In this document: piece after piece, positions 1-9,997 of the stretch | Layout of the letters: each line of letters opens with the position of its first letter | Numbering within the stretch: position 1 is the stretch's first letter | NCBI GenBank assembly: GCA_045656865.1 | Contig: JAZOSB010000021.1 | Coordinates: forward strand, 1,140 to 65,139 | Source of the DNA: Clostridia bacterium | GTDB lineage: Bacteria; Bacillota; Clostridia; UMGS1883 | Direction of reading: 5' to 3' | Length of the DNA: 64,000 nt | Program-made: the position numbers and the translations under genes | The notes under the pieces: model-generated | The model's database searches: none | The model's input: only the letters and a program-made list of their open reading frames with translations | Told to the model about the DNA's origin: nothing

Positions 1-580
1 AGAAAAGAATGTCATCAATATCCATTGCAAGACCTCTTTCGTCAATGAATTTCTGAAGTTCATCACGGGAAAGAGAACAGAAGCCGTTAAGAATTTCAAC
101 CTCTGTAGGGATTGTATAGTCAGCCTTAAGAGTCTTAACCTCTTCAAGAGATGCTTCGCGTGCTTCCACGGGGTTAATTACATACTTTTTGATACTCTGT
201 ACTTCGTCAGCGGAAAGATTTCCGTTAAGCACATACACTGTTGCTGTACGAACATCAGGTCTGTCACCCTTAGATATAATCTGAATACATTCAGCAGCAG
301 ATGCCGCACGGGCATCAAACTGACCGGGAAGATATTCTACTGCAAATACAACATCACCCTTGGGACAATCCTTGTAAGTGTTATCTGTCTGCGGCTCTGA
401 AAACACAGTCTTAACTGAATTTTGAAAAAGCTCTTCTGAAATATTTTCAATGTCATAACGGTTATAGGTACGAAGCTCTTCTATTCCCTTGATACCCAAA
501 AGGTCCTTAAGGTCTTTTTTAAGAGCTGCCGCGCCGTGGTCAAGGCCGTCTTTCTTTTCTACATATATTCTGTAAACCAT
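1..580 (-). CDS. purL: Phosphoribosylformylglycinamidine synthase, large fused type (5' part; runs off the window)
   Basis: Hand translation from ATG 580 gives MVYRIYVEKK...SEPQTD...AVEYLPGQFDARA, the typical clostridial PurL N-terminus. It has an AAAGGAG RBS and is the last gene of the pur operon. Confidence 0.9.
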   Translation of the reverse strand, partial: MVYRIYVEKKDGLDHGAAALKKDLKDLLGIKGIEELRTYNRYDIENISEELFQNSVKTVFSEPQTDNTYKDCPKGDVVFAVEYLPGQFDARAASAAECIQIISKGDRPDVRTATVYVLNGNLSADEVQSIKKYVINPVEAREASLEEVKTLKADYTIPTEVEILNGFCSLSRDELQKFIDERGLAMDIDDILF

Positions 581-597
581 TCTGGCATTCTCCTTTC

Positions 598-1857
598 TTA
601 ATTGCCTGCTTTAAGTGCTTTTGCACCGATGTCGCTTCTGTAATATGCGTTTGTAAAGCCAACTTTCTTTACAGTAGCATATGCTTTGTCTATTGCTTCC
701 TTGAGAGTGGGGGCGGTTTCGGTTACACCAAGCACTCTGCCTCCGCCTGTAAGAAGCTTTCCTGCGTCAAGCTTTGCACCTGCAACATAGATGTTTTTAT
801 CAGTAGGCATTGTGATTTCAAAGCCTGTATCATATTTTCCGGGGTAACCGTTTGATGCCATTACAACACAGCAGGCACTGCCAGTTGAGAATTTAACATT
901 AGCATCCTTTAAGGTTTTGTCGGAAATGTGAAGCATAATATCAAGCAAGTCACTTTCAAGGAGAGGAAGAACAACCTGTGTTTCGGGGTCGCCGAAACGG
1001 CAGTTGTATTCAATTACCTTGGGTCCGCTAGGAGTAAGCATAAGTCCGAAATAAAGACAACCGGAGAAGCTTCTTCCCTCACTATTCATTGCATTTACTG
1101 TGGGAAGAAAAATTTTTTCCATACATTCCTTTGCAATGTCTTCCGTATAATAGGGGTTGGGAGCAATTGTTCCCATACCGCCTGTATTAAGTCCCATATC
1201 GTTGTCGAGTGCTCTCTTATGGTCCATGGAAGAAACCATGGGGATAAGAGTTTCACCATCGGTGAAAGAAAGTACGGATACCTCGGGACCTGTAAGGAGT
1301 TCCTCGATAACGACACTGCTGCCACTTTCGCCGAATACCTTATCCTCCATCATACTCTTAACTGCTTCTTTAGCTGCTTCTCTTGTTTCAGCAATAATTA
1401 CGCCCTTACCAAGAGCAAGGCCGTCTGCCTTTACAACTGTAGGAATAGGTGCAGATTCAAGATAATCAAGAGCTGCCTGAAGGTCTGTAAATACTTCATA
1501 CTGTGCAGTGGGAATGCCATACTTTTTCATAAGGTTTTTAGAGAAAACCTTACTACCCTCAATAATTGCTGCCGCCTTGTTGGGTCCAAAAGTCTTGATT
1601 CCCTTATCGTTAAGAGCGTCAACACAGCCGAGAACAAGGGGATCATCGGGAGCTACAACAGCAAAATCAATCTGTGATTCCACAGCGAACTTTACAATAG
1701 CATCTATATCCTTTGCACCGATATTAACGCAGGTTGCGTCCTGGGCAATACCGCCGTTACCGGGAAGTGCAAAAATTTCTGTTACTGACTTATTTTCCTT
1801 TATTTTTTTGATAATAGCATGCTCACGGCCACCGCCGCCAACTACCATAACTTTCAT
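598..1857 (-). CDS. purD: Phosphoribosylamine-glycine ligase
   Basis: VVGGGGREHA, GNGG, KADGLALGKGV and EYNCRFGDPETQ motifs. Start placed at ATG 1857, downstream of GAGAGG. Confidence 0.97.
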   Translation of the reverse strand: MKVMVVGGGGREHAIIKKIKENKSVTEIFALPGNGGIAQDATCVNIGAKDIDAIVKFAVESQIDFAVVAPDDPLVLGCVDALNDKGIKTFGPNKAAAIIEGSKVFSKNLMKKYGIPTAQYEVFTDLQAALDYLESAPIPTVVKADGLALGKGVIIAETREAAKEAVKSMMEDKVFGESGSSVVIEELLTGPEVSVLSFTDGETLIPMVSSMDHKRALDNDMGLNTGGMGTIAPNPYYTEDIAKECMEKIFLPTVNAMNSEGRSFSGCLYFGLMLTPSGPKVIEYNCRFGDPETQVVLPLLESDLLDIMLHISDKTLKDANVKFSTGSACCVVMASNGYPGKYDTGFEITMPTDKNIYVAGAKLDAGKLLTGGGRVLGVTETAPTLKEAIDKAYATVKKVGFTNAYYRSDIGAKALKAGN

Positions 1858-1882
1858 TATAATATTCAATCCTCTCAGTGTA

Positions 1883-3070
1883 TTAGTGGTGGAACAATCT
1901 CATTTTGGTCATTGCCATAACCATACCGTGTTTGTTACAAGCTTCTATAACATTATCGTCGCGGATTGAGCCACCGGGCTGTGCGATATAGCTTACTCCG
2001 CTTCTTGCAGCTCTTTCAATATTGTCACCAAATGGGAAGAATGCATCTGAGCCAAGAGCCACGCCTTTAAGTGTGGAGAGGTATTCCCTCTGTTCTTTAC
2101 GGGTGAAGGGCTCGGGCTTTTCAGTAAAGAGTGTTTCCCAGATGCCGTCTGCAAGAACATCCTCGTAATCCTCGGAAATATACACATCAATAGCATTATC
2201 GCGGTCGGGACGCTTGATTTCATCCTTAAAAGGAAGATTGAGCACCTTTGAGTGCTGACGGAGATGCCAGATATCAGCCTTGTTTCCTGCAAGTCGTGTA
2301 CAGTGAATTCTTGACTGCTGACCTGCACCTACGCCGATTGCCTGACCGTCCTTTGCAAAGCAAACAGAGTTTGACTGAGTATATTTAAGAGTAATGAGCG
2401 CGATTATAAGGTCACGCTTTGCATCTTCGGGCATTTCCTTGTTATCTGTAACAATATCTTCTAACAAAGCACGGTTGATTTCAAAGTTGTTTCTACCCTG
2501 CTCAAATGTGATACCGTAAACCTGCTTATGCTCAACGGGGTCCGGGACAAAATTGGGGTTAATTTTGATTACATTGTATGTTCCCTTTCTTTTACTCTTG
2601 AGGATTTCAAGAGCTTCAGGATCGTAATCGGGAGCTATAACACCGTCGGAAACTTCACGTGCGATAAGCTTTGCACAGGTAACATCACACTTATCTGAAA
2701 GTGCAATCCAGTCACCGAAAGAACTCATTCTGTCAGTGCCTCTTGCTCTTGCATATGCGGTTGCAAGAGGAGATTCGTCAAGACCTTCAACGTCGTCTAC
2801 AAAGCAAGCCTTTTTAAGGTCGTCACTCATTTTAACACCTACTGCAGCGGATGTGGGGCTTACGTGCTTAAAGGAAGTTGCCGCACACATACCAAGAGCT
2901 TCTTTAAGCTCTTTTACAAGCTGCCAGCTATTAAGTGCATCAAGGAAATTGATGTAACCGGGTCTGCCGTTAAGGATTTCAATGGGAAGCTCTGCCCCGT
3001 CATGCATAAAAATCTTGGAAGGCTTCTGATTGGGGTTACATCCGTATTTAAGTTCAAACTCTTTCATCAT
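1883..3070 (-). CDS. purH: AICAR transformylase (PurH C-terminal domain only; no IMP cyclohydrolase domain)
   Basis: Starts with LKYGCNPNQ and contains FKHVSP, KYTQSNSV, GAGQQSRIHC, SDAFFPF and QPGGSIRD. It is 395 aa, against about 510 aa for bifunctional PurH. Confidence 0.9.
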   Translation of the reverse strand: MMKEFELKYGCNPNQKPSKIFMHDGAELPIEILNGRPGYINFLDALNSWQLVKELKEALGMCAATSFKHVSPTSAAVGVKMSDDLKKACFVDDVEGLDESPLATAYARARGTDRMSSFGDWIALSDKCDVTCAKLIAREVSDGVIAPDYDPEALEILKSKRKGTYNVIKINPNFVPDPVEHKQVYGITFEQGRNNFEINRALLEDIVTDNKEMPEDAKRDLIIALITLKYTQSNSVCFAKDGQAIGVGAGQQSRIHCTRLAGNKADIWHLRQHSKVLNLPFKDEIKRPDRDNAIDVYISEDYEDVLADGIWETLFTEKPEPFTRKEQREYLSTLKGVALGSDAFFPFGDNIERAARSGVSYIAQPGGSIRDDNVIEACNKHGMVMAMTKMRLFHH

Positions 3071-3092
3071 AATTCTTCCTTTCGTAAAGAGA

Positions 3093-3806
3093 TTATTTAT
3101 TCTTGTTAATTATTCTGGACTCTGTCTCGCCTGTTTCAATGTCAATAAATCTTACAAAGAGGGAAACCTTATTTTCTTCGTTAAGGCTTGTCCAGAGGTT
3201 GTCGGTAAATTCATCTATACAGTTGGGAATTTCAACAAGCTTCGGCTCACCCTCGAATGAAGGAAGCGGATTTCCGTCACCCATATAAGTATGAATAAAA
3301 TGACCTTCACCATCCACGGGATTTTTATAGCTGAATGTAAATCTCTGGCAGGAGTCACCATTACCGTTTGCACTCTTGAGGATTGACATTGCATAGCTGT
3401 ATGTTCCGTTTTCAACCTTCATAATACCTGAAATTCTGGGTGTGTAGTTTGGAGCATCATCCTCAAACTCACGGGTACGGAGAGCCTGTTCAAATGTAAG
3501 CTGCTGATTCATAAGGTCATAGATTGTGTCTGTCTGGTCACCGTTTGTAACGATTGTTTTGTTGCCGAGAACTCTTACGGGAGCGTAAATTATAAGATGA
3601 GGGTCAGACAATTTTGAAGGGTCAAAAGCCTGAGTACGGATTCCGCATCCGTCTTCTACAAAAACACGGTTACGGCTGTTTACACTTCTTCCCATAATAA
3701 AATATGCTGTAACGGCTTTCTTGCCATCTGCAGATTTACCTATAACAATACCTCTTCCGGGGTATGCATTATTTTTAAGTTCGTCGTATATATTTATCTT
3801 TTTCAT
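3093..3806 (-). CDS. IMP cyclohydrolase-like protein (PurO-like family)
   Basis: YPGRGIV, YFIMGRSVNSRNR, IVTNGDQTD and FEDDAPNYTPRISG resemble the PurO/IMP cyclohydrolase-like family. It lies directly before the cyclohydrolase-less purH. Confidence 0.8.
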   Translation of the reverse strand: MKKINIYDELKNNAYPGRGIVIGKSADGKKAVTAYFIMGRSVNSRNRVFVEDGCGIRTQAFDPSKLSDPHLIIYAPVRVLGNKTIVTNGDQTDTIYDLMNQQLTFEQALRTREFEDDAPNYTPRISGIMKVENGTYSYAMSILKSANGNGDSCQRFTFSYKNPVDGEGHFIHTYMGDGNPLPSFEGEPKLVEIPNCIDEFTDNLWTSLNEENKVSLFVRFIDIETGETESRIINKNK

Positions 3807-4402
3807 ACCAAATTCTCCTTACAAATTTTTTCAACAGCCTGAGGAAGAATTATCCATTCTGCCTGCTCCATAACACGCTTCTGCAGTATTTCGGGGGTGT
3901 CATCATCCTCAATATTAACTGCTTTCTGCATTATGATTTTGCCGCCATCGGGAATTTCATTTACAAAGTGAACTGTTGCACCCGTTACCTTTACACCATA
4001 TTCAAGGGCTGCTTCGTGAACACGCAGTCCGTAGAATCCTTTACCACAGAAAGACGGGATAAGGGACGGGTGAACATTTATAATTCTATCTGCATATTTC
4101 TTTGTGAAGTTTTCACTGAGAATGCACATAAATCCTGCAAGAACGATAAAGTCTGTTTTATTTTCTTCAAGTGCCAAAATAAGCTTTTCTTCAAATTCTG
4201 CCTGATTTGCACACTCTTTCTTATTTACAACAGCAGTATTTATTCCTGCATTCTTTGCTCGCTGGAGAGCATATGCATCGGGATTGTTGGAAATAACAAG
4301 GGTAATTTCACCGCTTGTTATAATTCCGCTTTTCTGAGCATCAATAAGTGCCTGCAGATTAGTTCCACCACCCGATACAAGTACAGCTATGCGCTTCAGC
4401 AT
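3803..4402 (-). CDS. purN: Phosphoribosylglycinamide formyltransferase
   Basis: VLVSGGGTNLQA, NVHPSLIP, GATVHFV and DGGKII motifs. Confidence 0.96.
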   Translation of the reverse strand: MLKRIAVLVSGGGTNLQALIDAQKSGIITSGEITLVISNNPDAYALQRAKNAGINTAVVNKKECANQAEFEEKLILALEENKTDFIVLAGFMCILSENFTKKYADRIINVHPSLIPSFCGKGFYGLRVHEAALEYGVKVTGATVHFVNEIPDGGKIIMQKAVNIEDDDTPEILQKRVMEQAEWIILPQAVEKICKENLV

Positions 4403-5439
4403 ATTACCACGCTTTCCTCACTCTTGATTATTTCGCCGATTATGTAAGCATCCTCACCATTTGCACGGAGAATTTCAAGTGCCTTATCTGCTTCTTCCTT
4501 GGAAACAACAACGCTCATACCAACGCCCATATTAAAGGTGTTGAACATATCACGTTCAGAGATATTGCCAGTCTTTGCAATAAGGTCAAATATGGGAAGA
4601 ATTTTAACATCGCTCTTCTTGATTTTAGCACCCATACCTTCGGGAAGGCTACGGGGAATATTTTCGTAGAAGCCGCCGCCTGTGATATGAGATACCGCCT
4701 TAACCGTAACCTCGTCAAAGAGAGCAAGCATAGGCTTAACATAAATTCTTGTGGGAGTAAGAAGTGTTTCACCGATACTCTTTCCGCCAAGCTCTGCAAC
4801 GGGAGAAGTAATATCGCTGTTTTCAACATCAAATACCTTTCTTACGAGAGAGAAACCGTTTGAGTGAACACCGCTTGAGGGGAGCGCAATTATAACATCA
4901 CCCTCTGTTACTTTAGAATTGTCTAGAACCTTAGCCTTGTCAACTGCACCAACGGAGAAACCTGCAAGGTCATATTCTTCTACACTGTAGAATCCGGGCA
5001 TTTCTGCAGTTTCACCGCCAACAAGCTCACAACCTGCCTGTACACAACCCTCAGCAATACCTGAAACAATTTCGGCAATTTTTTCGGGATAGTTCTTTCC
5101 GCAGGCAATGTAGTCAAGGAAAAGAAGTGGCTTTGCACCGCAACAGATAATGTCGTTTACACACATTGCCACACAGTCGATACCTACTGTATCGTGCTTG
5201 TCAAGAAGGAAAGCAAGCTTCAGCTTTGTACCAACGCCGTCTGTACCGCTTACAAGTACTGGATGAGGCATATTGGTGATATCAAGCTCAAAAAGGCCAC
5301 CGAAACCGCCAATATCGGATTTCTTACCGTTTACCATTGTTCTTGCTATATGTTTTTTCATCAGTTCTACCGCACGGTAGCCTGCTGTAATGTCAACACC
5401 TGCTGCTGCGTAACTTTCTGATTTTGAATTTGAATGCAT
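4396..5439 (-). CDS. purM: AIR synthetase
   Basis: YAAAGVDI, DGVGTK, GGETAEMPG, SGVHSNGFS, HITGGG and FNMGVG motifs. Start placed at ATG 5439. Confidence 0.97.
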   Translation of the reverse strand: MHSNSKSESYAAAGVDITAGYRAVELMKKHIARTMVNGKKSDIGGFGGLFELDITNMPHPVLVSGTDGVGTKLKLAFLLDKHDTVGIDCVAMCVNDIICCGAKPLLFLDYIACGKNYPEKIAEIVSGIAEGCVQAGCELVGGETAEMPGFYSVEEYDLAGFSVGAVDKAKVLDNSKVTEGDVIIALPSSGVHSNGFSLVRKVFDVENSDITSPVAELGGKSIGETLLTPTRIYVKPMLALFDEVTVKAVSHITGGGFYENIPRSLPEGMGAKIKKSDVKILPIFDLIAKTGNISERDMFNTFNMGVGMSVVVSKEEADKALEILRANGEDAYIIGEIIKSEESVVIC

Positions 5440-5457
5440 AATTCTATCTCCTTTCAA

Positions 5458-6882
5458 TTAACCCTTACCATTCCAACAATAAGTGCAAAGTTTACAGGGC
5501 TGTATACCGATTGCCTCAATTGTTCCTTCAATAGATTGAAATTCCAAAGAAGCAAAATTGAATTTTTCTGCAATTTTCTTTCTCAATGACTTTCCTCTTT
5601 CGGTTGAAGCGTCGCTGTATTCATCAAGATATTTAAGACCATCTTCCCCCTCAAGCTCAACTATTACTCTTCTTGCGATAAGCTCCATTTCACTTGTTGC
5701 ACGGGAAAAATTAAGATATTTACAGCTATACATAACAGGCGGACAAGCACTGCGCATATGCACTTCCTTAGCACCGTTTGTATAAAGGAAATCAACTGTT
5801 TCTTTAAGCTGTGTTCCGCGGACAATAGAGTCGTCTACAAACAACAGCTTTTTATCAACTATGAGGTCGTGTACCGGGAGCTGTTTCATCTTCGCAACCC
5901 TTGCACGCTCTACCTGATTTGGAGGAGTAAAGCTCCTTGCCCATGTGGGGGTATATTTTATAAAGGGACGGCCAAAAGGCACACCGCTTTCATTTGCAAA
6001 ACCAATTGCATGAGGAGTTCCCGAATCCGGCACACCGCTTACATAATCAAGGTCATCAATATTTCCGGCTTCCTTATCATACTGTGCAAGTATTCTGCCG
6101 TTACGGTTTCTCATTACCTCAACATTAACACCCTCGTAAATGGAGTTGGGGTATCCGAAATAAGTCCAGAGGAATGAACAAATCTTCATTTCTTCACCGG
6201 GAGGGGAAAGTTGAGTAATGGTTTTTGCATCAAAACGAACAATTTCACCAGGGCCAAGCTCTTTATACAAATCATAGCCTACCTTCTGACAAGCAAATGA
6301 TTCGAAAGAAGCACAGAAGCCGTCTTCACTCTTACCAATGTGAATTGGAGTTCTTCCCACTCTGTCACGAGCTGCAATTATTGAGCCGTCATTTTTCAGA
6401 ATTAAAAGTGAGGATGAACCGTCAATAACACTCTGGGCAAATTTAATACCCTCTTCAAAAGATTCCTTTTGATTTATAAGAGCCGCCATAAGGTCAGTAG
6501 AATTTACTCTGCCGCCGGTCATTGCACCGAAGTGTCCACCGCCGTATGAGAGATATTCTTCAATAAGCTCTTCAGAATTATTTATTATACCCACGGTACA
6601 AATAGCATAAATCCCAAGCTTCGACCTGATAATAAGAGGCTGCGGGTCAGAGTCGCTTATACATCCGATTGCCGCATTTCCCTTCATCTCGTCAAAAATA
6701 TGGTCGAACTTTGTACGGAAAGGTGAGTTTTCAATATTGTGAATATCCCTCTGCATACCCGATTTTTCATCATATGCAGCCATTCCGCCTCTTTTTGTAC
6801 CAAGGTGTGAATGATAGTCAGTGCCGAAAAAGACATCTGAAATAACATCTCTTTTTGCTACTGCGCCAAAAAAACCGCCCAT
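5458..6882 (-). CDS. purF: Amidophosphoribosyltransferase, variant beginning MGGFFG (no Cys1)
   Basis: PRPP-binding VDDSIVRGT and PDSG motifs, C-terminal CxxCW, and position in the pur operon. Confidence 0.9.
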   Translation of the reverse strand: MGGFFGAVAKRDVISDVFFGTDYHSHLGTKRGGMAAYDEKSGMQRDIHNIENSPFRTKFDHIFDEMKGNAAIGCISDSDPQPLIIRSKLGIYAICTVGIINNSEELIEEYLSYGGGHFGAMTGGRVNSTDLMAALINQKESFEEGIKFAQSVIDGSSSLLILKNDGSIIAARDRVGRTPIHIGKSEDGFCASFESFACQKVGYDLYKELGPGEIVRFDAKTITQLSPPGEEMKICSFLWTYFGYPNSIYEGVNVEVMRNRNGRILAQYDKEAGNIDDLDYVSGVPDSGTPHAIGFANESGVPFGRPFIKYTPTWARSFTPPNQVERARVAKMKQLPVHDLIVDKKLLFVDDSIVRGTQLKETVDFLYTNGAKEVHMRSACPPVMYSCKYLNFSRATSEMELIARRVIVELEGEDGLKYLDEYSDASTERGKSLRKKIAEKFNFASLEFQSIEGTIEAIGIQPCKLCTYCWNGKG

Positions 6883-6912
6883 TAGTTTACTCCTTTTGCC
6901 AATAAATAAATG

Positions 6913-7407
6913 TTAGTTGTTGAACTTGTCCTCAATTGTTTTGTTCTTTTCAAGAACTTTTTCGCTTGCAGCTTTTCTGGAAGCATCAAGTTTTTCCTGA
7001 AGTTCCTTATCCTCTACTGCAAGAATCTGTATGGAAAGCAAAGCGGCATTGGCTGCACCGTCAATAGCAACAGTAGCTACAGGAATACCTGCAGGCATCT
7101 GTACAGTTGACAAAAGAGCATCCAAGCCGTCAAGTGTAGATGATTTTACGGGGATACCGATAACGGGAAGTGTGGTATTTGCCGCAATGGCACCTGCAAG
7201 GTGTGCCGCCTTACCTGCTGCAGCTATAATTGCACCGAAGCCGTTAGCACGTGCATTTTTTGAAAATTCAGAAGCCTCTGCAGGGGTTCTGTGTGCGGAA
7301 AAAACGTGCACTTCATACGGTACACCAAATCCCTTTAATGTATCGATTGCTTTTTCAACTACAGGAAGGTCGCTGTCTGAACCCATAATGATACCAACTT
7401 TTCTCAT
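6913..7407 (-). CDS. purE: N5-CAIR mutase / AIR carboxylase
   Basis: IIMGSDSD, SAHRTP, AGKAAHL, PVIGIP and QMPAGIPVATV motifs. Start placed at ATG 7407, downstream of GAAAGGA. Confidence 0.97.
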   Translation of the reverse strand: MRKVGIIMGSDSDLPVVEKAIDTLKGFGVPYEVHVFSAHRTPAEASEFSKNARANGFGAIIAAAGKAAHLAGAIAANTTLPVIGIPVKSSTLDGLDALLSTVQMPAGIPVATVAIDGAANAALLSIQILAVEDKELQEKLDASRKAASEKVLEKNKTIEDKFNN

Positions 7408-7455
7408 CAGAAAATCATTCCTTTCAAAACTTATAAATGCCGAGTACGACAAAAC

Positions 7456-7496
7456 AAAAAAGAGCGCACCTGCTGCGTTACTGCAGAACAGATACG
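7456..7496 (-). terminator. Intrinsic terminator of the ZTP riboswitch expression platform
   Basis: GCGUAUCUG...CAGGUGCGC stem followed by UCUUUUUU. Its 5' arm overlaps the 3' end of the aptamer. Confidence 0.8.
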
Positions 7497-7570
7497 CCCA
7501 GACGGTCGGCAAAATACGCTCCCTGCTCCCATGCGGTTAAGTCCGCTTTTCCGTCAGTCACAGAAAGCCT
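7492..7570 (-). ncRNA. ZMP/ZTP (pfl) riboswitch aptamer
   Basis: The minus strand reads UGACUGACGGAA..GCGG-ACUUA-ACCGC..GGAGCAG...GCCGACCGUCUGGGCG, matching the ZTP aptamer consensus including the 3' pseudoknot hairpin. Confidence 0.93.
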
Positions 7571-7585
7571 TTGTTCACAAATATC

Positions 7586-7614
7586 ATTATAACAATTTTG
7601 TCAAATTTAGTCAA
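7586..7614 (-). promoter_or_regulatory. Sigma-A promoter of the pur operon
   Basis: TTGACT-17 bp-TATAAT just upstream of the riboswitch. Confidence 0.8.
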
Positions 7615-7689
7615 GGGAAAAACCGATATTTTTCGGCAAAAAGCAAAGAAGAGAATGTCCTTTTTAAAGACATTCTCCAAATATCTGTT

Positions 7690-8439
7690 TTATAATACCT
7701 TGTTTAAGAAATCAATTGTTCTGGGATGCTTGGGATTAGTGAAGATTTCCTCGGGAGTACCCTCTTCAAGAATAACACCCTCATCCATAAACACTACTCT
7801 GTCTGCAACTTCACGGGCAAAGCCCATTTCGTGAGTTACGACAACCATTGTCATACCATCTTTTGCAAGCTGTTTCATAACCGCAAGAACTTCACCGACC
7901 ATTTCGGGGTCAAGAGCGCTTGTCGGCTCGTCAAAAAGCATAATATCAGGCTTCATAGCAAGAGCACGTGCAATTGCCACACGCTGTTTCTGTCCTCCCG
8001 AAAGCTGTGACGGATAGCTTGACGCTTTATCCGAAAGCCCTACTGTTTCCAAAAGCTCAAAAGCAACTTTTTTTGCCTCGTCTTTTGATGCTTTTTTAAG
8101 GTCAACAGGGGCAAGCATAAGGTTTTCAAGAACATTCATATTTGCAAATAAATTGAAATGCTGGAAAACCATTCCCACGTTTTCGCGAGCTTTGTTTATG
8201 TTTACTTTCTTATCGTTTATGCGTATTCCGTCAACAATAATTTCTCCAGACGTAGCACTTTCCAATCTGTTTATGCAACGAAGAAAGGTAGACTTTCCTG
8301 AGCCGGAGGGACCAATTACACAAACAACCTCCCCCTCAGTAATATCAGTTGTTATACCACGCAAAACATCATTTTTACCGAAGCTTTTGGTAAGATTCTC
8401 AATATGTATTTTAACATTACTGCTATTATTTGCGACCAC
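7690..8439 (-). CDS. Polar amino-acid ABC transporter ATPase (GlnQ-like)
   Basis: [24 protein letters not shown] and [10 protein letters not shown] motifs. Start placed at GTG 8439, downstream of AGGAG. Confidence 0.93.
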   Translation of the reverse strand: MVANNSSNVKIHIENLTKSFGKNDVLRGITTDITEGEVVCVIGPSGSGKSTFLRCINRLESATSGEIIVDGIRINDKKVNINKARENVGMVFQHFNLFANMNVLENLMLAPVDLKKASKDEAKKVAFELLETVGLSDKASSYPSQLSGGQKQRVAIARALAMKPDIMLFDEPTSALDPEMVGEVLAVMKQLAKDGMTMVVVTHEMGFAREVADRVVFMDEGVILEEGTPEEIFTNPKHPRTIDFLNKVL

Positions 8440-9094
8440 GGTTAAGTCTCCTCTCCAATGCATTTGCTACTTGTTGAAGTGCCAGAATAACCACGAGGTA
8501 CATTACTGCAACAATAGCCCAAATCTCAAACGACCTGAATGTAAAAGAGATAACATTCTGTGCTTTATTTACAAGCTCCGGAAAACCGATAACAGAAAGA
8601 ATCGAGGTATCCTTTAGTGTAATAATAAACTGATTTACAATACTGGGAATCATATTTTTGATAGCCTGTGGGAGAACAACACGGAACATAGAACGCCAGT
8701 AAGAAAGTCCAAGGCTTCTTGCCGCCTCCATCTGACCTGGGTCTATCGACTGAATTCCCGCACGGATAATTTCAGACATATAAGCACCGCAATTAAGCGC
8801 AAGACAGATTGTACCTGCCTGAAGCGCACTGAATATAACCGGAATGCCAATGTTTTTTAATCCATAAGGAATACCGTAATAAACAAAGAATGCAAGAACT
8901 ATCATCGGCACACCTCTTATGAGGTTTACATAGATTGCCGAGATAACTCTGCTGACTTTGTTATCCACAACACTTGCTAAACCAAAAATTATTCCCAATA
9001 AGCAACCGAAAAGCAGTCCCCATAATGCAAGAATCAAAGTCTGACCCATTGCCGACATTAAAAGAGGACCGTACTCTTTGGCAAGTTCAACCAT
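8426..9094 (-). CDS. Polar amino-acid ABC transporter permease
   Basis: [23 protein letters not shown] and LKDTS motifs. Start placed at ATG 9094. Confidence 0.92.
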   Translation of the reverse strand: MVELAKEYGPLLMSAMGQTLILALWGLLFGCLLGIIFGLASVVDNKVSRVISAIYVNLIRGVPMIVLAFFVYYGIPYGLKNIGIPVIFSALQAGTICLALNCGAYMSEIIRAGIQSIDPGQMEAARSLGLSYWRSMFRVVLPQAIKNMIPSIVNQFIITLKDTSILSVIGFPELVNKAQNVISFTFRSFEIWAIVAVMYLVVILALQQVANALERRLNRGRK

Positions 9095-9162
9095 TGGAAT
9101 ACCCCTTCCTGAAACATAGTTAAAGGGCACCGGATAACCAATGCCCTTTAAGTTAAAATCTA

Positions 9163-9924
9163 TTAACCAAGATACTTGGCAATTATCTCATCATATTTAC
9201 CGTTTGCTCTGATGTTCTTAAGACCTTCATTGAATTTATCAACGAGTTCCTGATTCTTCTCGTCAAAAATTGCAAAACCGTACTGAGCAGGCTCATTTTC
9301 TGTGCCGTCAACGAACTTCATATCAAGTTCGCCAATTTTAATGTTATACTTGAGGATAGGTGTATCATCAAGGCAGGCATCAACCTGACCACCCATAACT
9401 GCCTGATACATATCGGGAGAAGTTGTGAAGGTTACAACTTCAAAGCCATACTCATCCTTAATGCTGTCTGCGTACTGATTGCTCATAGTACCATTCTTTA
9501 CAGCAACCTTCTTGCCCTTCATATCAGCAAAGCCTGTAATATCAGAATCACTTGCAACTGCCATACCCTGAGTTGCATCATAGTAACCCTCGGAGAAAGT
9601 CCAGCCGCTTGCCTTACGCTCTTCTGTAATAGAAGCACCTGCAATCATACCGTTAGCCTGACCTGCCTGACAAGCTGCGATTGCTGAATCCCAGCCGATA
9701 TACTGAAGTTCATATGTAAACCCCTGGTCTTCTGCAATTGCTGCAAGAATGTCCATATCTATACCAACTATATTTCCTTCCTTATCCTGGAATTCAAAGG
9801 GGCTGAATCCCTTATCTGTTGCAATCACATAATGAGCAGCGTTATCGGTTTCCTTTTCAACAGTACAACCAACAAACGCAACACACAACACCGCTGTGAG
9901 AACGAGTGCTAAAAACTTTTTCAT
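9163..9924 (-). CDS. Amino-acid ABC transporter substrate-binding lipoprotein (family 3)
   Basis: Lipobox FVGC, FSPFEF, GIDMDI and a WDS..AGASITEER pattern. Confidence 0.9.
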   Translation of the reverse strand: MKKFLALVLTAVLCVAFVGCTVEKETDNAAHYVIATDKGFSPFEFQDKEGNIVGIDMDILAAIAEDQGFTYELQYIGWDSAIAACQAGQANGMIAGASITEERKASGWTFSEGYYDATQGMAVASDSDITGFADMKGKKVAVKNGTMSNQYADSIKDEYGFEVVTFTTSPDMYQAVMGGQVDACLDDTPILKYNIKIGELDMKFVDGTENEPAQYGFAIFDEKNQELVDKFNEGLKNIRANGKYDEIIAKYLG

Positions 9925-9959
9925 TTTGATATACCTCCTAAATAATAATGTACTTAAAT

Positions 9960-9988
9960 ATTTTACCTCAAAACGGAAAAATTGTCAA
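9960..9988 (-). promoter_or_regulatory. Sigma-A promoter of the amino-acid ABC operon
   Basis: TTGACA-17 bp-TAAAAT upstream of an AGGAGG RBS. Confidence 0.75.
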
Positions 9989-9997
9989 GATAAATAA

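Noticed and set aside
928-1677. 249-aa ORF antisense to purD, and similar antisense ORFs at 46772-47596, 59714-60364, 16247-16906 and 21909-22451
   Set aside because: All lie opposite well-supported genes and have no recognisable motifs, as expected from codon-bias shadows.
7408-7512. N-terminal extension of purE in the ORF track
   Set aside because: It runs through the ZTP riboswitch and terminator. The real start is ATG 7407.
8961-8969. Perfect DnaA-box 9-mers TTATCCACA at 8961-8969 and 55430-55438
   Set aside because: Isolated and inside coding sequences, with no clustering or dnaA nearby, so this is not oriC.
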